In this document: piece by piece, positions 35,596 to 37,635 of the stretch | Layout: the number at the start of each line of letters is the position of its first letter | Position numbering within the stretch: position 1 is the stretch's first letter | DNA from: Holosporales bacterium | GTDB lineage: Bacteria > Pseudomonadota > Alphaproteobacteria > UBA3830 > JAIRMZ01 | Reading direction: 5' to 3' | Length of the DNA stretch: 37,635 bases | Assembly: GCA_031279495.1 (NCBI GenBank) | Contig: JAITIJ010000032.1 | Location: 1-37,635 of the forward strand | The notes under the pieces: model-generated | The model's database searches: none | Seen by the model: the letters and a program-made list of their open reading frames with translations, nothing else | What the model was told of the DNA's origin: nothing | Made by a program: the position numbers and the translations under genes

Positions 35596-35874
35596 TCACC
35601 GAAAAAACGACTTTTCTTGCAGCTCTTGTCCAGTGCTTTTATCTCTTAACCAGTTTGACAGCAGACAGAAAGACCTTAGAATAGAATTTTCTAAGATTTG
35701 AAAAAGAGCAATTATTGTGGCAACAAGAGAACCTTTCCGCCAATTCGGAGAGTAAATCTCTGGTAATAAAAGCCGCGCCTTATGACCTGGAACGAAACTG
35801 TTGCTCTTATTCATAGCATTGAGAGTATTCCGCTCCTTTCTTTCCATAATTGATCCGTTGAGTTTGCTTGCCAT
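35596..35874 (-). CDS. Hypothetical small protein (doubtful)
   Basis: 92-aa ORF with no recognisable motifs, in a 490-bp gap. Confidence 0.2.
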   Translation of the reverse strand: MASKLNGSIMERKERNTLNAMNKSNSFVPGHKARLLLPEIYSPNWRKGSLVATIIALFQILENSILRSFCLLSNWLRDKSTGQELQEKSFFR

Positions 35875-36084
35875 GTACTCTCTAGGACTCTAATCTCTGG
35901 CCTGTGTTTTTATGGGAGTATTCGTTCGCTGTTGTAGAGAGGTTTCATTGCAACCGTATGTATTGGGGGTGCTAAGCTACTTACGATTTTTTAACTGAGC
36001 TTCTGAAAGATGGCTGAGTATTCTAGATGATTGAGCTAGAATCCAAGCATATTTACGCTTATACTAAAAAAGAATAGGAAGTTC

Positions 36085-37047
36085 ATGCGTTTCTTCTTTC
36101 TTGTATTTTTTATACTATTTTCCTCCTTTAGTATTGCTGCTCCCCCTTATGGTGCAATTGTTATTGATGCTACCTCAGGTCGTTCTTTGCACGAGAAAGG
36201 AGCGGATATTCCGACGCAACCCGCATCTTTGACAAAAATGATGACCCTTCTTCTCACGTTTAAAGAAATAGAAAGTGGCCGCCTGACATGGAACAAGCAG
36301 TTAAAAATCTCTTTACGTGCAACACGTCAAGCGCCGAGCGTTCTTGGGATTCATCCGGGGCAGAGATTAACGGTGCGTCAAGCAGTTCTAGCTCTTATTA
36401 CTAAATCAGCTAACGATGTCGCAGTTGTTCTTGCGGAAAATATCGCTGGGTCAGAGGCTGCTTTTGTTGCGCGTATGAATGCAGAGGCACGTCGCCTTGG
36501 TATGCATGCAACAACTTTTCGCAATGCCTCTGGTCTGCCAAATGTGCAACAAGTCTCAACAGCGCGAGATATGGCATATCTGTCAAAAGTAATTGTGCGG
36601 TATTATCCAAAATATTACTCCTTATTTTCCGCGCGAAGTTTTACTTATAATGGTAAAGTCTATCAAAATCATAACAAATTACTTGGGAAAACAGTTGGTG
36701 GGGTCGTCGTCGATGGACTGAAAACGGGATTTGTTAATGCCTCGGGGTTTAATTTGGCAGCTTCTGCCGTAAAAGGCAAACGTCGTCTCATTGTCGTTGT
36801 CTTGGGAGGTCCAGATCGTTTGTGGCGAGATGCACGCGTCAGTCACCTGTTTCGTTGCGGATTCGACGGGTGTTTCCCTCTTCGCACGCCTAAGGCGCGT
36901 ACGGCGAACCACTCACACGAAAAGACACTGCAAGTACTTGCAGAAGACGATGAGATCGAAGAGCTTATTCATAGCTTGAACCTATCTGAATCTGCGGAGC
37001 CAAAGATTCAGAGATCTCTTTCGCCCCCAAAAAACAAAGGTCTCTAA
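36085..37047 (+). CDS. D-alanyl-D-alanine carboxypeptidase (peptidase S11, PBP5/6-like)
   Basis: Signal peptide, SxxK 'ASLTK', SxN 'SAND' and KTG 'KTGF'. An AGGAAG RBS is present. Confidence 0.85.
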   Translation: MRFFFLVFFILFSSFSIAAPPYGAIVIDATSGRSLHEKGADIPTQPASLTKMMTLLLTFKEIESGRLTWNKQLKISLRATRQAPSVLGIHPGQRLTVRQAVLALITKSANDVAVVLAENIAGSEAAFVARMNAEARRLGMHATTFRNASGLPNVQQVSTARDMAYLSKVIVRYYPKYYSLFSARSFTYNGKVYQNHNKLLGKTVGGVVVDGLKTGFVNASGFNLAASAVKGKRRLIVVVLGGPDRLWRDARVSHLFRCGFDGCFPLRTPKARTANHSHEKTLQVLAEDDEIEELIHSLNLSESAEPKIQRSLSPPKNKGL

Positions 37048-37391
37048 AACGTCAAAGAAGAAAAGACGAGCATCAAAACAGCATATAGTTTCAGGCCATA
37101 AACTAGAGAAATTGAGGCGGTTAGGCTAAAGTATCTTCCTGACAACCGTGTCTTATAAACCTTTGCGAACAGCGAGAGAATATCTCTCAGTAGTAGAGAC
37201 CTGAATACTTTGGGCTCTCGCAAAAACTGGATAATTTCCCCTTCACCCAACCGTATTCTAGGGGTGCGCGTATCGAACTTATGTTTCGGCAATGGATCCA
37301 GTCCAAGCTCAGTGCGAACTTCATAATTGCTTGGGCCATTTCCCAGCAAAATAGAGTAACTAGAATGAAATATGTTGGAATTCAAATACAA
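37044..37391 (-). CDS. Hypothetical protein (doubtful)
   Basis: 115-aa ORF with a C-terminal hydrophobic segment. I recognise no family, and it converges on and overlaps the carboxypeptidase stop. Confidence 0.2.
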   Translation of the reverse strand: MYLNSNIFHSSYSILLGNGPSNYEVRTELGLDPLPKHKFDTRTPRIRLGEGEIIQFLREPKVFRSLLLRDILSLFAKVYKTRLSGRYFSLTASISLVYGLKLYAVLMLVFSSLTF

Positions 37392-37550
37392 ATTGTTGCG
37401 CGCTTAATAAGAGCAACAAAGCATCGCCAGCTTGCTCATAGGTTTATACCTGCGATCTTGCGTGCATAATTTCAGAAAAAATGCTGAAGCGTTGCAAAAA
37501 ACATCACAAGCTTCTTATCCTTTCTGTCGAAAAACGATCAGTTTATTACT

Positions 37551-37585
37551 AAAAAAACGACCAGAGAGCTCTGCTCGTTTTTTTC
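37551..37585. terminator. Bidirectional Rho-independent-type terminator
   Basis: A7 run, then ACGACCAGAG / CTCTGCTCGT forming a 10-bp stem with 1 mismatch, then T7 run. A minus-strand reading frame entering from the window edge appears to stop at about 37615, just upstream of it. Confidence 0.6.
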
Positions 37586-37635
37586 TTCTACCTATTAAGA
37601 ATCGTTTCTCAAAATCATGAAAGAGAATCCTTCTG

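Noticed and set aside
1-37635. A scan for rRNA, tRNA (T-loop GTTCGAATC-type motifs with acceptor stems), tmRNA/RNase P conserved boxes, CRISPR-like regularly spaced repeats, and transposase/integrase ORFs with terminal inverted repeats.
   Set aside because: I found nothing convincing by eye. The occurrences of TTCGAA(T) lie inside coding regions without cloverleaf context. Covariance-model tools could still find small RNAs I cannot see.

Overview
The window looks like a moderately AT-rich alphaproteobacterial chromosome segment, possibly from a host-associated or endosymbiont-like lineage. This taxonomic guess rests only on protein motifs and gene order. The housekeeping core (about 9.8-25.4 kb) holds a BI-1/YccA membrane protein, ybgC-gap, flgF-flgG-flgA-flgH, fliM plus two flagellar-associated genes, a sensor histidine kinase, yebC-ruvC-ruvA-ruvB and rpsD. 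Two accessory blocks flank it. Block 1 (0.2-9.8 kb) starts with a tightly overlapping six-gene minus-strand operon. Four of its products match, in family and size, the four enzymes that make the phosphoramidate donor for the Campylobacter jejuni O-methyl-phosphoramidate capsule modification: a PEP-utilising L-glutamine kinase type, an NTP-transferase, a C26 glutamine-amidotransferase-like hydrolase, and an APS-kinase-like kinase. Here they are combined with a sulfotransferase-fold protein and a CysQ-like 3'-nucleotidase. I consider this the best candidate for an undescribed system: a PAPS-like phosphoramidate transfer pathway with a sulfotransferase-fold transferase. The rest of block 1 holds a DUF4280 (PAAR-like) plus MORN-repeat gene pair, a secreted protein with duplicated NLS-like basic motifs, and about 1.5 kb of apparently decayed purine-rich DNA. 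Block 2 (25.4-35.6 kb) is a surface-glycan modification island. It encodes an AsnB-like amidotransferase, a WbuX/HisH/HisF acetamidino module, a PIG-L deacetylase, a TylF-like methyltransferase, two formyltransferase-like paralogs (one fused to a GNAT), a DegT aminotransferase and WbqC. The island carries three exact 12-nt G or C homopolymers, a frameshift at an A8/T8 tract, and a 130-bp duplicated gene fragment, which suggests slipped-strand phase variation and cassette shuffling. I recognised no rRNA, tRNA, CRISPR array or transposase. All product calls come from motif recognition by eye; no searches were run.
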